Positions 14,094 through 28,185 are shown, counted from the first letter of the stretch. The stretch is DNA of 39,698 bases from Nevskiaceae bacterium (GCA_037439865.1 JBBIVG010000003.1:1-39698), one strand, 5' to 3'. The notes: generated from the sequence alone by a model not told the origin. Numbers and translations: made by a program.

Positions 14094-14735
14094 ATGCGTT
14101 TCCTCTCTGCCCTCATGCCGCGCGAGACGCGGTTCTTCACGCTGTTCAACCGGCACGCGGAAATGATCGTGGAAGGCGGCCGCGCGACTTCCGAGCTGGT
14201 CCGCAACTACGCCGACCCCTTCCGCCGCGCCGCCCTGATCGAGAAGATCAACGACGTCGAGCGCAGCGCCGACCGCGTGACCTACGAGACGGTCCAGCTG
14301 CTGCACTCCACGTTCATCACGCCCTTCGACCGCAACGACATCCACCGCCTGATCTCGGGCATGGACGACATCCTCGACCTGATCCAGGACGCGGCGGAGT
14401 CCATGCACCTGTTCGACATCCAGACGCTGCCGCCCGAGTCGCCCCAGATGGCGAAGATCCTCGAGTCCTGCTGCGAGAAGGTGCAGGCCGCTGTCGGCCT
14501 GTTGCACTCGATGGACAATGCGCCGCGCGCTCTCGCCCTCGCACAGGAGATCGACGGACTCGAGAGCGAGGCCGACGCCGTCACGCGCGCCGGCATCTCG
14601 CGGCTCTTCCGCGAGGAGCAGGACGTGCGCCAGCTCATCAAGCACAAGAACGTCTACGAATACCTCGAGAACGCCATCGACAAGTGCCAGGACGTGGCGA
14701 ACATCATCGAGGCGGTCGTGGTGGAGAACGTCTGA
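14094..14735 (+). CDS. DUF47 / PhoU-like phosphate transport regulator (Pit accessory protein)
   Basis: I trimmed ORF 13620..14735 to the ATG at 14094. It begins MRFLSALMPRETRFFTLF, is helical, and sits immediately upstream (2-nt gap) of a Pit transporter, which is the classic pairing. Confidence 0.85.
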   Translation: MRFLSALMPRETRFFTLFNRHAEMIVEGGRATSELVRNYADPFRRAALIEKINDVERSADRVTYETVQLLHSTFITPFDRNDIHRLISGMDDILDLIQDAAESMHLFDIQTLPPESPQMAKILESCCEKVQAAVGLLHSMDNAPRALALAQEIDGLESEADAVTRAGISRLFREEQDVRQLIKHKNVYEYLENAIDKCQDVANIIEAVVVENV

Positions 14736-14737
14736 GC

Positions 14738-17778
<3,041 letters not shown>

Positions 17779-17787
17779 CCAGCCCGA

Positions 17788-18579
17788 CTATTCGAGGGGA
17801 AACGGCACGCGCGACCGACCGGTCGCGTGCTCCTCCGCCCGCTTCGCCGCGTGGATCGCCTTGAGCAACTGGGCGTGCACCTGCACGTCCTGCCCGGAAA
17901 TCAGGAATCGGTCGGCGAGCTCCAGCACCCGCTCGAGGTACTGGCGGCGCTGGTCGAGGTACAGCAGTGCCTTGCCGAGGTGCCGCGGGTCGCGCGCTTC
18001 GACATGCAGCACGTCGGCCGTCCGCATCGCAGTGGCGTATTCGTCGGACGTCGGCTTGCGACGATAAACGGGCTCCTCCGCCTCCTGCTCCGTCGGAGCG
18101 AGCTCGGGAGACTTCGCGGGCGGCACCGTGCCCTTGCGCGGCGGACCATGCAGGAACCCGTGGATGACGTCGCTCGTCGTGACGATGCCGATGACGCGCT
18201 CGTCCTCGTCCACGACCGGCACCGCATGCACCCCGGCTTCGATCATGCGCTCGGCCGCTTCGCCGATGCCGACGTGCGGCTGCAGGCTCACGACCGGCGT
18301 GTGCATCAGCTGCCCGATCGAAAGCCGCTCGTCCAGGAAGCTCGCGCGGTCGACCGCCGACTTCGGCACGAAGAACTCGAGCTTCATGACGTCGGCCGAG
18401 CTCAGCATCCCGGCGAGCTTGCCATTGCGCACCACCGGCAGGTGGTGGATGGGGTACTGGAAAAAGCAGTCCAGCACTTCGCTGACCGGGCGGTCGGCTT
18501 CGATCACGACCACGGTCTCGGTCATGATCCGGGAGACAGGTTCTTCAGGTCGCATGGGGGCAGCCTCGAAGCGCAGCAT
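17788..18579 (-). CDS. CBS-domain pair protein with a C-terminal helical extension of unknown function
   Basis: 263 aa. It has two CBS repeats (IMTETVVVIEADRPVSEVL... and LMHTPVVSLQPHVGIGEAAERM...) followed by about 110 residues with no motif I recognise. An alternative start at 18555 has a better GAGG spacing. Confidence 0.75.
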   Translation of the reverse strand: MLRFEAAPMRPEEPVSRIMTETVVVIEADRPVSEVLDCFFQYPIHHLPVVRNGKLAGMLSSADVMKLEFFVPKSAVDRASFLDERLSIGQLMHTPVVSLQPHVGIGEAAERMIEAGVHAVPVVDEDERVIGIVTTSDVIHGFLHGPPRKGTVPPAKSPELAPTEQEAEEPVYRRKPTSDEYATAMRTADVLHVEARDPRHLGKALLYLDQRRQYLERVLELADRFLISGQDVQVHAQLLKAIHAAKRAEEHATGRSRVPFPLE

Positions 18580-18716
18580 ACCCCGGCCGCCCGACGCCGT
18601 TGCGTGAACTCACGCTCATTGCAGCCGAAGCCCATCGGTAACCGTCCGGATGGACATCGGTACTGGCCGCAGCGACAGTGGCGCCGGGCCGTCCCACTCC
18701 GCGAGGCACGCGCGTC

Positions 18717-20156
18717 ATGACGATCAATCGCCGCGAATTCCTGCTCGGTTCGGCCGTCGCCGCGGGCATGGCGGCGGCACCCGTGCGGCGCGCGTGGTCG
18801 GCGGAAGACTCGACGGACGTCATCGTGGTCGGCGCCGGCCTGTCGGGCCTCAACGCCGCGCGGTTGCTCGAGGAGGCCGGGCTCAGCGTGCTGGTGCTCG
18901 AAGCCCGCGACCGCGTGGGCGGCAAGATCCTGACGTTCTCGAACGTGCCCGGTCTGCCGGAAGCCGGCGGCCAGAGCATCGGCAGCGGCTACGGCCGCCT
19001 CATCGACGCGGCCGCCCGGAGCGGCGTGCCGCTCGAGGACGTGTTGCCGCGCCAGCTGAAACATCCGGAGGTGACGTTGGTGCTGGATGGGCGGCCCGTC
19101 ACCAAGGGCGAATGGCCCGGCTCGCCGCGCAACCCGTTCCCCGCCACGCTGCGCGAGACGATGCCGTGGATGTACACGCCGATTGCAATGGGCAAGGCCA
19201 ACCCGCTCAAGGCGATCGAGGACTGGATCAAGCCCGAATCCGCGCGCTTCGATATCTCGATGTACGAGTTCCTGAAGGCGCAAGGCGCGACCGATTCGGT
19301 GATCGATCTCGCCTATGACACCAACGTGAGCTACGGGACCTCCGCGCACGACATCTCCGCGCTCATGATGGCCTTCGTCGAGGCGTTTTCGCGCGCGCAG
19401 CGCAACCTCAAGCCCGCGCTGTACAAGGCGAAGGGCGGGAACCAGCGCATCCCCGAGGGCATGGCGCGGCGCCTCAAGGGCGGCGTGCGCCTGCAGCAGG
19501 TCGTGACGGGCATCCGCACCGACGACGCCGGTGTCGAGGTGCTGACGGCAGCGGGCCAACGTTACAAGGGCAAGGCCGCGATCTGCGCGATGCCGTTCTC
19601 GACGCTGCGGCACGTCCGGTTCGACCCGCTGCTCGCCGGGGCACAGGCCCGCGCGGTCAGGACGCTGCCGCACCAGATGATCACCCAGGTCGCGGTGCGC
19701 GCGAAGCGGCCGTTCTGGGAGCAGGACGGCCTCGCGCCCACGATGTGGACCGACAGCGAGATCGGCCGCGTCTTCGCCATCTATGGCGGCGCGACCGACG
19801 ACGAAGTCTCGAGCCTGCTCGTCTCGGCCTACGGACTGAAGGCCGCGTACCTCGATCGATTGGGCCGCGAAGCCGCGGGCCGCTACGTCGTCGCGGAACT
19901 CGAACGGATGCGGCCCGCCGCCAAGGGGACGCTCGGCGTCGTCGCATATCACTCGTGGACGCTCGACCCGTTCAGCGCCGGTGACTGGGGCTACTTCGCG
20001 CCGGGCACGGTGTCGCAGTTCATGCCGGCGATGTTCCAGCCGCATCGCCTCGTGCATTTCTGCGGCGAGCAGACCGCGATCAGCGCGCGAGGCATGGAGG
20101 GCGCGATGGAGTCCGGCGAGCGGGCCGCGCTCGAGGTCGCGATGGCGCTGGGCTAG
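18717..20156 (+). CDS. Tat-exported flavin-containing amine oxidase (monoamine / L-amino-acid oxidase family)
   Basis: I trimmed ORF 18678..20156 to the ATG at 18717. It has the twin-arginine signal MTINRREFLLGSAVAAGMAAAP and the FAD dinucleotide fold VIVVGAGLSGLNAARLLEEAGLSVLVLEARDRVGGK. Confidence 0.85.
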   Translation: MTINRREFLLGSAVAAGMAAAPVRRAWSAEDSTDVIVVGAGLSGLNAARLLEEAGLSVLVLEARDRVGGKILTFSNVPGLPEAGGQSIGSGYGRLIDAAARSGVPLEDVLPRQLKHPEVTLVLDGRPVTKGEWPGSPRNPFPATLRETMPWMYTPIAMGKANPLKAIEDWIKPESARFDISMYEFLKAQGATDSVIDLAYDTNVSYGTSAHDISALMMAFVEAFSRAQRNLKPALYKAKGGNQRIPEGMARRLKGGVRLQQVVTGIRTDDAGVEVLTAAGQRYKGKAAICAMPFSTLRHVRFDPLLAGAQARAVRTLPHQMITQVAVRAKRPFWEQDGLAPTMWTDSEIGRVFAIYGGATDDEVSSLLVSAYGLKAAYLDRLGREAAGRYVVAELERMRPAAKGTLGVVAYHSWTLDPFSAGDWGYFAPGTVSQFMPAMFQPHRLVHFCGEQTAISARGMEGAMESGERAALEVAMALG

Positions 20157-20180
20157 TGAGCCCGGCGTCGCTGTCCGTTT

Positions 20181-21017
20181 CTAGAGCGCCTGAAAGGCGG
20201 CGCGCATCGCCTTGAGCGATTCCTGCGCCTGGCTCCAACGCTGGCCGCCGATCAGTCCGCCGTCCACGACGAGGTCGTGGCCGTTGACGAAGCTCGATTC
20301 GTCGCTCGCAAGGAAGACGGCCGCGTGAGCGACGTCGTCCGTGAGTCCCGCGCGTGGGATCGGCTGCATCTTCGCCAGCGCGCCCTTCACGGCCTCCGCG
20401 GTCTGCTCGGCCTTCTCGGGCGGCAGGCCCGCCGCCTTGCCGAAGATCCCGGTCGCGATCCCGCCGGGCGAAATGGAATTCACGCGCACGCCCTGCTCGC
20501 CCAGTTGCATTGCGACGCAGCGCGTCAGGTGCACGACGGCCGCCTTGGCGGCCGAGTAGATGATCGAGGAGGACATCCCGGCGCGGTGGGCTGCGACGGA
20601 ACCGTTGTTGATGATGCTGCCCGAGCCATGGCGCATCATCACCGGGGCGACATGCTTCATGCCGAGCATCACCGAGCGCAGCAGCACGGCGATCGCGGCG
20701 TCGAAGCCCTCGACGGGGATGGTCTCGATGCCGCCGACCGGGGCCGGTCCGCCTGCGTTGTTGAAGAGGCAGTCGACGCGGCCGTGCTTCGCGATGGTGA
20801 AATCGATCAGTCCACGCACGTCGGCCTCGTCCGTCACGTCGGACCGGACGAAGTCACAGCGGCTGCCGAGCGAATGGGCGATGGCCTGGCCCTCCGCCTC
20901 GCGACGACCGGCGATGACGACGCGGGCGCCTTCCGCCGCGAACAATTCGGCCGTGCGTCGGCCGATGCCGCTCGTGGCTCCAGTGATGACGCAAACCTTG
21001 TCCTGAAGCCTCGGCAT
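20181..21017 (-). CDS. Short-chain dehydrogenase/reductase (SDR) family oxidoreductase
   Basis: 278 aa with TGATSGIG (TGxxxGxG), NNAG, and the YSAAK catalytic YxxxK. Confidence 0.9.
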   Translation of the reverse strand: MPRLQDKVCVITGATSGIGRRTAELFAAEGARVVIAGRREAEGQAIAHSLGSRCDFVRSDVTDEADVRGLIDFTIAKHGRVDCLFNNAGGPAPVGGIETIPVEGFDAAIAVLLRSVMLGMKHVAPVMMRHGSGSIINNGSVAAHRAGMSSSIIYSAAKAAVVHLTRCVAMQLGEQGVRVNSISPGGIATGIFGKAAGLPPEKAEQTAEAVKGALAKMQPIPRAGLTDDVAHAAVFLASDESSFVNGHDLVVDGGLIGGQRWSQAQESLKAMRAAFQAL

Positions 21018-21066
21018 GTCTCCACCCTCCGCAGGATGTCTCCTCGATCCGCGGCGCCTCGCCCGG

Positions 21067-21903
21067 TCACCCGGCCGTCGGCGCGACGCTGGCGCTGTCG
21101 AGCAGCATCTCCACCTTGTCGCGGTAGCTGCGGCTCAGCTTGATTTCCTGCCCCGACTGCAGCTTCAGGAAGCACTCGCCGTTCAGGTGCGGACGCAGCG
21201 CATGGACCCGCGCGAGGTTCACGATCGTCGAGCGGTGCACGCGCTGAAACACGGCCGGGTCCAGCATCTCCTCGAGCTCCTTCATCGTCGCGCGCAGCAC
21301 GTGCGTCTGCCCGGCGGCGTGGAGGCACATGTAGTCGCCCGCGGCGTCGATCCAGTCGATGGTCGCTACGTCAAGCCGCACCGTCTCGCGCCCGACGCGG
21401 ATCGGCAACATCGTCGCGTAACGGCGCCCGGGACGGACCGAGGTCGCAGCGGCGATCGCCTCGGCCGCAATCTCGCCCTTGCCGGTCAGGTCGGCGAGCA
21501 GCGCCATGAGCTGCTCACGCTGCGCCACTGCCTGACGCTGCTGCCACTGCCCGCGCACCCGATCTAGCGCGCGCTCCAGCCGCTCGTCGTCGACCGGCTT
21601 CAGCAGGTAGTCGAGCGCGTGGGTGTCGAAGGCCTGGATCGCGAAGCGGTCGAAGGCCGTGACGAACACGACCATCGGCATGCTTTCCTGCGGGATCTGC
21701 TTGAGCACGTCGAGCCCGGACAGTCCCGGCATCTGGATGTCGAGGAACATCAGGTCCGGCGCGTGCTCCGTAATCGCAGCCAGCGCCTCGCGACCGTTGC
21801 CGCACTGCGCGACGATCTCGATATCGGCCGCGTCGCGCAAGCGCAGCTCGAGGCCGCGCCTTGCGAGCGGCTCGTCGTCCACGATGATGGTGCGGATGCT
21901 CAT
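21067..21903 (-). CDS. LytTR/AlgR-family two-component response regulator
   Basis: 278 aa. The receiver domain shows IIVDDEPLARRGL and the phospho-acceptor context DLMFLDIQMPGLSG. The C-terminal LytTR DNA-binding domain shows VATIDWIDAAGDYMCLH and RVHRSTIVNL. It overlaps the upstream kinase gene by 4 nt (ATGA). Confidence 0.9.
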   Translation of the reverse strand: MSIRTIIVDDEPLARRGLELRLRDAADIEIVAQCGNGREALAAITEHAPDLMFLDIQMPGLSGLDVLKQIPQESMPMVVFVTAFDRFAIQAFDTHALDYLLKPVDDERLERALDRVRGQWQQRQAVAQREQLMALLADLTGKGEIAAEAIAAATSVRPGRRYATMLPIRVGRETVRLDVATIDWIDAAGDYMCLHAAGQTHVLRATMKELEEMLDPAVFQRVHRSTIVNLARVHALRPHLNGECFLKLQSGQEIKLSRSYRDKVEMLLDSASVAPTAG

Positions 21904-22967
21904 GGCTGCACGGCCCGCTCGAATGGTAACTCGATCTCGAGCCGGAGGCCGGGCCGTGCGAAGCGCACCGCGAGCTTCTGGTGCTCGCCGTAGAGCACCG
22001 CGAGCCGCTCGCGGGTATTACGGAATCCCACGCCGCGACCTTCGCCGAGATTGACCCCGACCGGCAGACCGGGGCCGTCGTCCTGCACAACGAGGCGCAG
22101 CACGCGCTGGTCGGTGTGCGCCTCGATGCGGAGTCGCCCGCCTTCCTCGCGCGGCCCGATCGCGTGCTTGAGCGCGTTCTCGATCAGCGGCTGCAGGATC
22201 AGTGAGGGAACGAGGGCTGCCTGCGCTGCGTCGTCCACGTCGAATTCGAGCCGCAGACGATCGCCGAAGCGCAGCTTCTCGATGCCGAGGTAGAGGTCTA
22301 GCGCGTGGAGTTCGTCACGCAGCGTCACCTTCTTCATCGGGTCCTGGTCGAGGGTGTGGCGCAGGAACTCGGACAGCCGGCCCACCGCCTGGTTCGCGAC
22401 CTTGCCCTGGCCGTCGAGGATCAGGGTCGAGATGGCGTTCAGGGTGTTGAACAGGAAGTGCGGGTTCAGCTGGTAGCGCAGCATCTTCACCTGCGCTTCC
22501 TGCGCCAGTGCCGACGCCTGGAGTGCGGCCTCGCGCTGGTTCTGCAGCGTTTCGTAATACTTGATGCCGAAGTACAGGCCCGACCAGCAGAGCAACAGGT
22601 AGGTGGAGCCGAGCGCGCCACTGAAGTAGCCGTACCACGGCTCGGTCTCCATCCAGTCGCCGACGAAGTGGCCGTACGAGAGGTTGATGATGACTCGCCA
22701 GACGAGCGCGGTGAGCCAGGCGGCCAGCAGCACGCCGGCGAAGATCACCGGCGGGCGGCGGCCCCAGAGTGGCCGGTACACGTAGCGCAGCGGCGCCGAG
22801 AGCAGGAACCCGCTGGCCGCGGCTGCGAGGATGACCTTGATGTAGGAGGTGGGTTTCTCGTAGAGCAGCGCGCCCAAATACTGGGCGATGAGGTACGCGC
22901 TCCAGCCGAGCGTGTGGAGCGCCCAGAAGAGCAGGTTGCGGTTGCTGCGCAGGTCGTCGAGAGTCAC
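21900..22967 (-). CDS. LytS/YehU-type sensor histidine kinase (membrane-bound)
   Basis: 355 aa with a GTG start. It has N-terminal TM helices, the His-kinase internal region LNPHFLFNTLNAISTLI, and a C-terminal HATPase region (ENALKHA, VQDDGPG, GVGFRN). Confidence 0.88.
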   Translation of the reverse strand: MTLDDLRSNRNLLFWALHTLGWSAYLIAQYLGALLYEKPTSYIKVILAAAASGFLLSAPLRYVYRPLWGRRPPVIFAGVLLAAWLTALVWRVIINLSYGHFVGDWMETEPWYGYFSGALGSTYLLLCWSGLYFGIKYYETLQNQREAALQASALAQEAQVKMLRYQLNPHFLFNTLNAISTLILDGQGKVANQAVGRLSEFLRHTLDQDPMKKVTLRDELHALDLYLGIEKLRFGDRLRLEFDVDDAAQAALVPSLILQPLIENALKHAIGPREEGGRLRIEAHTDQRVLRLVVQDDGPGLPVGVNLGEGRGVGFRNTRERLAVLYGEHQKLAVRFARPGLRLEIELPFERAVQP

Positions 22968-23031
22968 CGGCGGAGCTTACCGGCCGGGCGGCCGGGGCGG
23001 GAACGGCTCATCGCCGCCACTGCACGCCTCA

Positions 23032-23100
23032 CCGTGGGAAATAGGTGCCAGGCACCGAATTTCGATTCGAAATTCGGTGCCTGGCACCTATTTCCCGCGG
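23032..23100. repeat. A 61-nt perfect palindrome (23036-23096: 30-bp arms and one central base), extendable to 23032-23100. It contains two nested GGTGCC-N-GGCACC cores.
   Basis: The sequence is GGGAAATAGGTGCCAGGCACCGAATTTCGA-T-TCGAAATTCGGTGCCTGGCACCTATTTCCC. I checked all 30 pairs by hand. It lies between the DUF6159-like gene and the kinase gene and contains the former's stop codon (23088-23090). Confidence 0.9.
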
Positions 23101-23936
23101 AACGCCCCCTGCATGACGTCCGGCGAAAAACCGGGCACCGGCGACCCCTGGTGCGTGGCGTACCGGTACAGCGCAGCCGCGTAAACGCCCTGCATGGTCG
23201 CCTGAAGGGCGGCTACGACCAGCAGGGCCACGACGCCCACCAGTACCACGATCGCGGTCAGCGCCGGCACGTTGGCCTGGGCTGCAAGCACGAGCACGAC
23301 GAAGAACGCGGCGATCAGGACCAGGTACACGACTGCGAACACGAGACCGAGCCCGACGTTGCCGATGATGTTCTCGCCCCAGGTCTCGCGCAGCAGCCCG
23401 GCGCTCTCCTTCACGGCCTCGACCGGCCCGACGTCGCGAGTCACCAGCACCGGCACCACGAGGAAACTCGCCAGCGCCCAGCCGACGCCGATCAGCTTGA
23501 CGATCAGCCGCCCGAGCCAGCCGACACGCTCCTCGAGCGCGCGCAGCAGCAGGCCGACCGTCGCCGCGATGCAGGCATAGCCGAAGATCCGGCCGGCCCT
23601 TTGCCAGGCGATACGCAGCCCGTCGCCCACCGTCGGATCGCCTCCGTCCATGCGGACCATCGCGGCGCCCACGAGCGCGGTGTTGAAGAAGATCCCGACA
23701 AAAAAGGTGAGGAGGTAGAACACGAGCCCGACGATCCATCCGGCAGGCCCGGGCTCCGCTCGCGCCGACCCCTCCAGGAACCCGCCGAGCGCCACGACCG
23801 GCACGGCGAAACTGCCGACGACGACGATCATTGCGATCACCGACATCACGGGGAGCAGCATGAGTTCCTTGTCGGCGCGCACGACCGACCAGGACGCCCT
23901 GGCGAGTTCGAGGCTGCGGGAAAAACGGCCTGCCAT
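23088..23936 (-). CDS. Polytopic membrane protein of unknown function. It resembles proteins I recall being annotated as the DUF6159 family; that is a memory-based assignment.
   Basis: I trimmed ORF 23088..23960 to the ATG at 23936, which has GGAGG 6 nt upstream. MAGRFSRSLELARASWSVVRADKELMLLP is followed by about 6 hydrophobic segments. Confidence 0.75.
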   Translation of the reverse strand: MAGRFSRSLELARASWSVVRADKELMLLPVMSVIAMIVVVGSFAVPVVALGGFLEGSARAEPGPAGWIVGLVFYLLTFFVGIFFNTALVGAAMVRMDGGDPTVGDGLRIAWQRAGRIFGYACIAATVGLLLRALEERVGWLGRLIVKLIGVGWALASFLVVPVLVTRDVGPVEAVKESAGLLRETWGENIIGNVGLGLVFAVVYLVLIAAFFVVLVLAAQANVPALTAIVVLVGVVALLVVAALQATMQGVYAAALYRYATHQGSPVPGFSPDVMQGAFRGK

Positions 23937-23987
23937 GTTGGACCTCCGATTCGGTCCCATGCTGCCAGAAACGCGAGCCCGGCGCGG

Positions 23988-24338
23988 TTAGATCTCGTCG
24001 TACTTCCGGCTCGACCCCCGCGATTTCTCGACGGGGTACTTCTCGCCGTTCCTGACGATCTTCGCCTGCGCGGCCTGCTCGAGATCCACATCGAGCTTGT
24101 CGGCCAACCGCACCAGGTACAGCAGCACGTCCGCGAGTTCCTGCTCGACGGCCGCACGCTTCTCGGGCGGGAGATCCCGGCTCTGTTCGTCCGTGAGCCA
24201 CTGGAACGGCTCGAGCAGTTCCGCCGCTTCGACGGCAAGCGCGGTGGCGAGATTTCGCGGCGAGTGAAACTGGTCCCAGTCGCGCGCCGCTGCGAACTCG
24301 CGCAGCGTGTCGCGCAACCGGATCAGCGAGTCGGTCAA
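23988..24338 (-). CDS. MazG-like nucleoside triphosphate pyrophosphohydrolase (small all-alpha NTP-PPase, dCTPase-like)
   Basis: 116 aa with metal-binding motifs EAAELLEPFQW (ExxE) and ELADVLLYLVRLAD (ExxD). The TTG start overlaps the stop of the upstream gene (TTGA). Confidence 0.8.
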   Translation of the reverse strand: MTDSLIRLRDTLREFAAARDWDQFHSPRNLATALAVEAAELLEPFQWLTDEQSRDLPPEKRAAVEQELADVLLYLVRLADKLDVDLEQAAQAKIVRNGEKYPVEKSRGSSRKYDEI

Positions 24339-24736
24339 GGAATCTGGATCTTGCCGCGCGGCGGCAGGCCGCCGCCCGTGAGTGCCGACGCCGCGCCCGC
24401 TTCCGGGATGACGATCGACGACGCCTGCTGCCGGCGCATTTCCTGCAGCTCCTTCATCGTCTCCTCGAAGGCCATCTTCGCGCCCTCGGCGAAGTTCTCG
24501 CAGGCCTCGGCGAGGTTCTTCCCATCGATCTCGAAGCTGAGCGGCAGGGCGCCGGCGGGCGTCATGATCTGCGCCTGGCCGACGTACGACGTGGGCCGCG
24601 TCGGGTCCGTGGTGCCGTCAGCCTTCACAGGCGTCATCACGCGGATCGTGCCGACCCTGCGATCGGTGTAGATGTCCTCGCGGTAGAGATCCTGCGAGTC
24701 CATCTTCGGTTCGGGTGCGGTGCTCGGGCCGGCCAT
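24335..24736 (-). CDS. Hypothetical soluble protein, 133 aa
   Basis: GAGGAG lies 6 nt upstream of the ATG at 24736, and the third-position G/C bias is good. I recognise no motif. It is coupled to the MazG-like gene. Confidence 0.6.
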   Translation of the reverse strand: MAGPSTAPEPKMDSQDLYREDIYTDRRVGTIRVMTPVKADGTTDPTRPTSYVGQAQIMTPAGALPLSFEIDGKNLAEACENFAEGAKMAFEETMKELQEMRRQQASSIVIPEAGAASALTGGGLPPRGKIQIP

Positions 24737-24844
24737 GGGCGCTCCTCGATGACGGTCGGATCGGCGGATCCGGGGGTCGCCACGGTACCCGAGCGCGGCC
24801 GCTGCGACAACGACCGGCCGCCCAGCCGTGCCTTCCGGGCCGCG

Positions 24845-25055
24845 TCAGAACTGCGCGTCCGGCCCGGTTCCCTTGGCCGGCGAGTTCCAGGCCTGCTCCC
24901 TGGGCCAGGGCGTCATCCACGTAATACAGGACGATCAGGTTCACGAGCGGCAGCGAGGCCATGATTGATAGCCAGGGCGGGAACCCCATCCGGCCGAAGA
25001 TCCGCCAGAAGGGGACGACCTGAAGCAGCGACAGGATGGCAATCCAGCGGATCAC
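24845..25055 (-). CDS. Small two-TM membrane protein whose reading frame appears disrupted at about 24917-24934 (possible frameshift, assembly error or pseudogene)
   Basis: GTG start at 25055. The N-terminal 45 codons (IRWIAILSLLQVVPFWRIFGRMGFPPWLSIMASLPLVNLIVLYY) look genuine. The annotated frame then runs 119 nt into the next gene with poor codon bias. The alternative frame (WMTPWPREQAWNSPAKGTGPDAQF*) has 23/24 G/C third positions and stops at 24845. Confidence 0.45.
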
Positions 25056-25173
25056 GTGGGCTCCGGGGCGACGAAGTTGGCAGCCATTCTAGGCGCACCG
25101 TGGGGACGGCGCTCCTGCCCCGCCTGCCGCAGCCGCCCTTTGCACGGACCCTCACGCTGACCATACTTCGCGG

Positions 25174-26522
25174 ATGTTCCGTCCGCGCTCCCTGCCTCTT
25201 CCGTCACCCCGCTTCGGGCCCGCCCTCCTCTGCGTGGTGGCGGCGGCCGTCGCACTGGCTGGCTGCAAGACGATCGGGGATATGAAGCCCTCGTCGCGCC
25301 AGGCCGAGGAGACCAAGACCCTGCTCGTGCAGCGCCAGGCCCGCAATCTCCGGTTCGCCGACGAGTACGTCGGCCGCCTGATCGAGGCAGTGCGGGACAG
25401 CGAGCCGCTGGTGATGGATCCGTCGCAGCGCTACGTGCTCTCGGGCTGGCTGCTCGAGCAGGCAAACGCGGCGTACATCAATGCCTCCGGCGAGAGCCCC
25501 ATCGTGAGCAGCCTCGACCTCGTCACGCTCGCGACGCTGAGCCGGATGGTCGTCGAGGAAGTGATCGGCGGGCGCCTGCCGGCGCAGGCGCAGCAGCTGC
25601 TAGTGGCACACCGCGAGCTCGAGTCCGCCGCGTGGCTGCTCGTCACCGACACCCTGAGCCCGGCCCAGCAGCAGGAGCTTCGCAGTCTCTTCGTCGAGTG
25701 GCAGAAGCAGAACCCGGACGTGGTGAACGTACCGTTCGTCCGCTTCCAGAGCTTCGTGAACGAGATGCACGTGCAGGACTCGAAAGGCGGCACGCTCCTG
25801 TCGGGTGGCCTGATGGGATTCATCGGGCTCGACCCGATGGCCGGCCTCGACCCCGCCGTGCGCCAGGTCGAGCAGACCCGCCTGATGGCCGAGCGCGCGA
25901 TCTTCTACGCGCAGCGCATGCCGGTGATCTTCGACCTGCAGCTCGACCGCTCGCTCAATCGGATGGCGGCCGGGCCCGAGTCGCAGAAACTGCAGCAGCA
26001 GACCGCGAGCCTGGCGGACTCCGCAGCCCGCTTCGCCGCCGTGGCCGAGGCGTTGCCCGCGACGCTGTCCGCCGAGCGTGAAGCCGCGATCCAGCAGCTG
26101 TCCGATACGCTCGAGTCGCAGCAGGCCACGCTGCGCCCGATGCTGCTCGACGTGCGCGCGGCGCTCGAGGCCGGCAACACTGCCGCCACGTCGGTGGACC
26201 AGGCGGTGCAGGCGATCGACGCGCTCGTCGCAAGCTTCGAGCGCAAGCCCGGCGAACCGCCCGGCAAACCGTTCGACATCAGCGAGTACACGCAGGCCGC
26301 GGCGGAGATCACTCGCGCCGCAAGCCAGCTGCAGCTGCTGCTCGGCACGGTCGGCACGCAGGCGCCGCAGCTCGGCACCGCGCTCGATGCGGGCGTGAGC
26401 AAGGGCCGGTCGCTGGTGGATTACCTCTTCGTTCGCGCGGCGTGGCTGATCGCGCTCTTCTGCGTCGGCCTGCTCGCGACCCTGCTCCTCTATCGCTGGC
26501 TCGCGCCGCGGGTACGCCCCAC

Positions 26523-26526
<4 letters not shown>
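25174..26526 (+). CDS. Hypothetical lipoprotein (450 aa) with an N-terminal lipobox and a C-terminal TM anchor; helical and Gln/Ala-rich
   Basis: The signal and lipobox are [15 protein letters not shown]. The C-terminal hydrophobic helix is [19 protein letters not shown]. Its stop overlaps the hutU start (ATGA at 26523-26526). Confidence 0.7.
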
Positions 26527-28181
<1,655 letters not shown>

Positions 28182-28185
28182 TCCC

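Noticed and set aside
23083-23097. TGGCAC...TTCC inside the 61-nt palindrome (and at 11421-11437) resembles a sigma-54 -24/-12 promoter
   Set aside because: The -12 element lacks the conserved GC. At the required spacing the sequence reads TGGCAC-CTATT-TCCC rather than TTGC.
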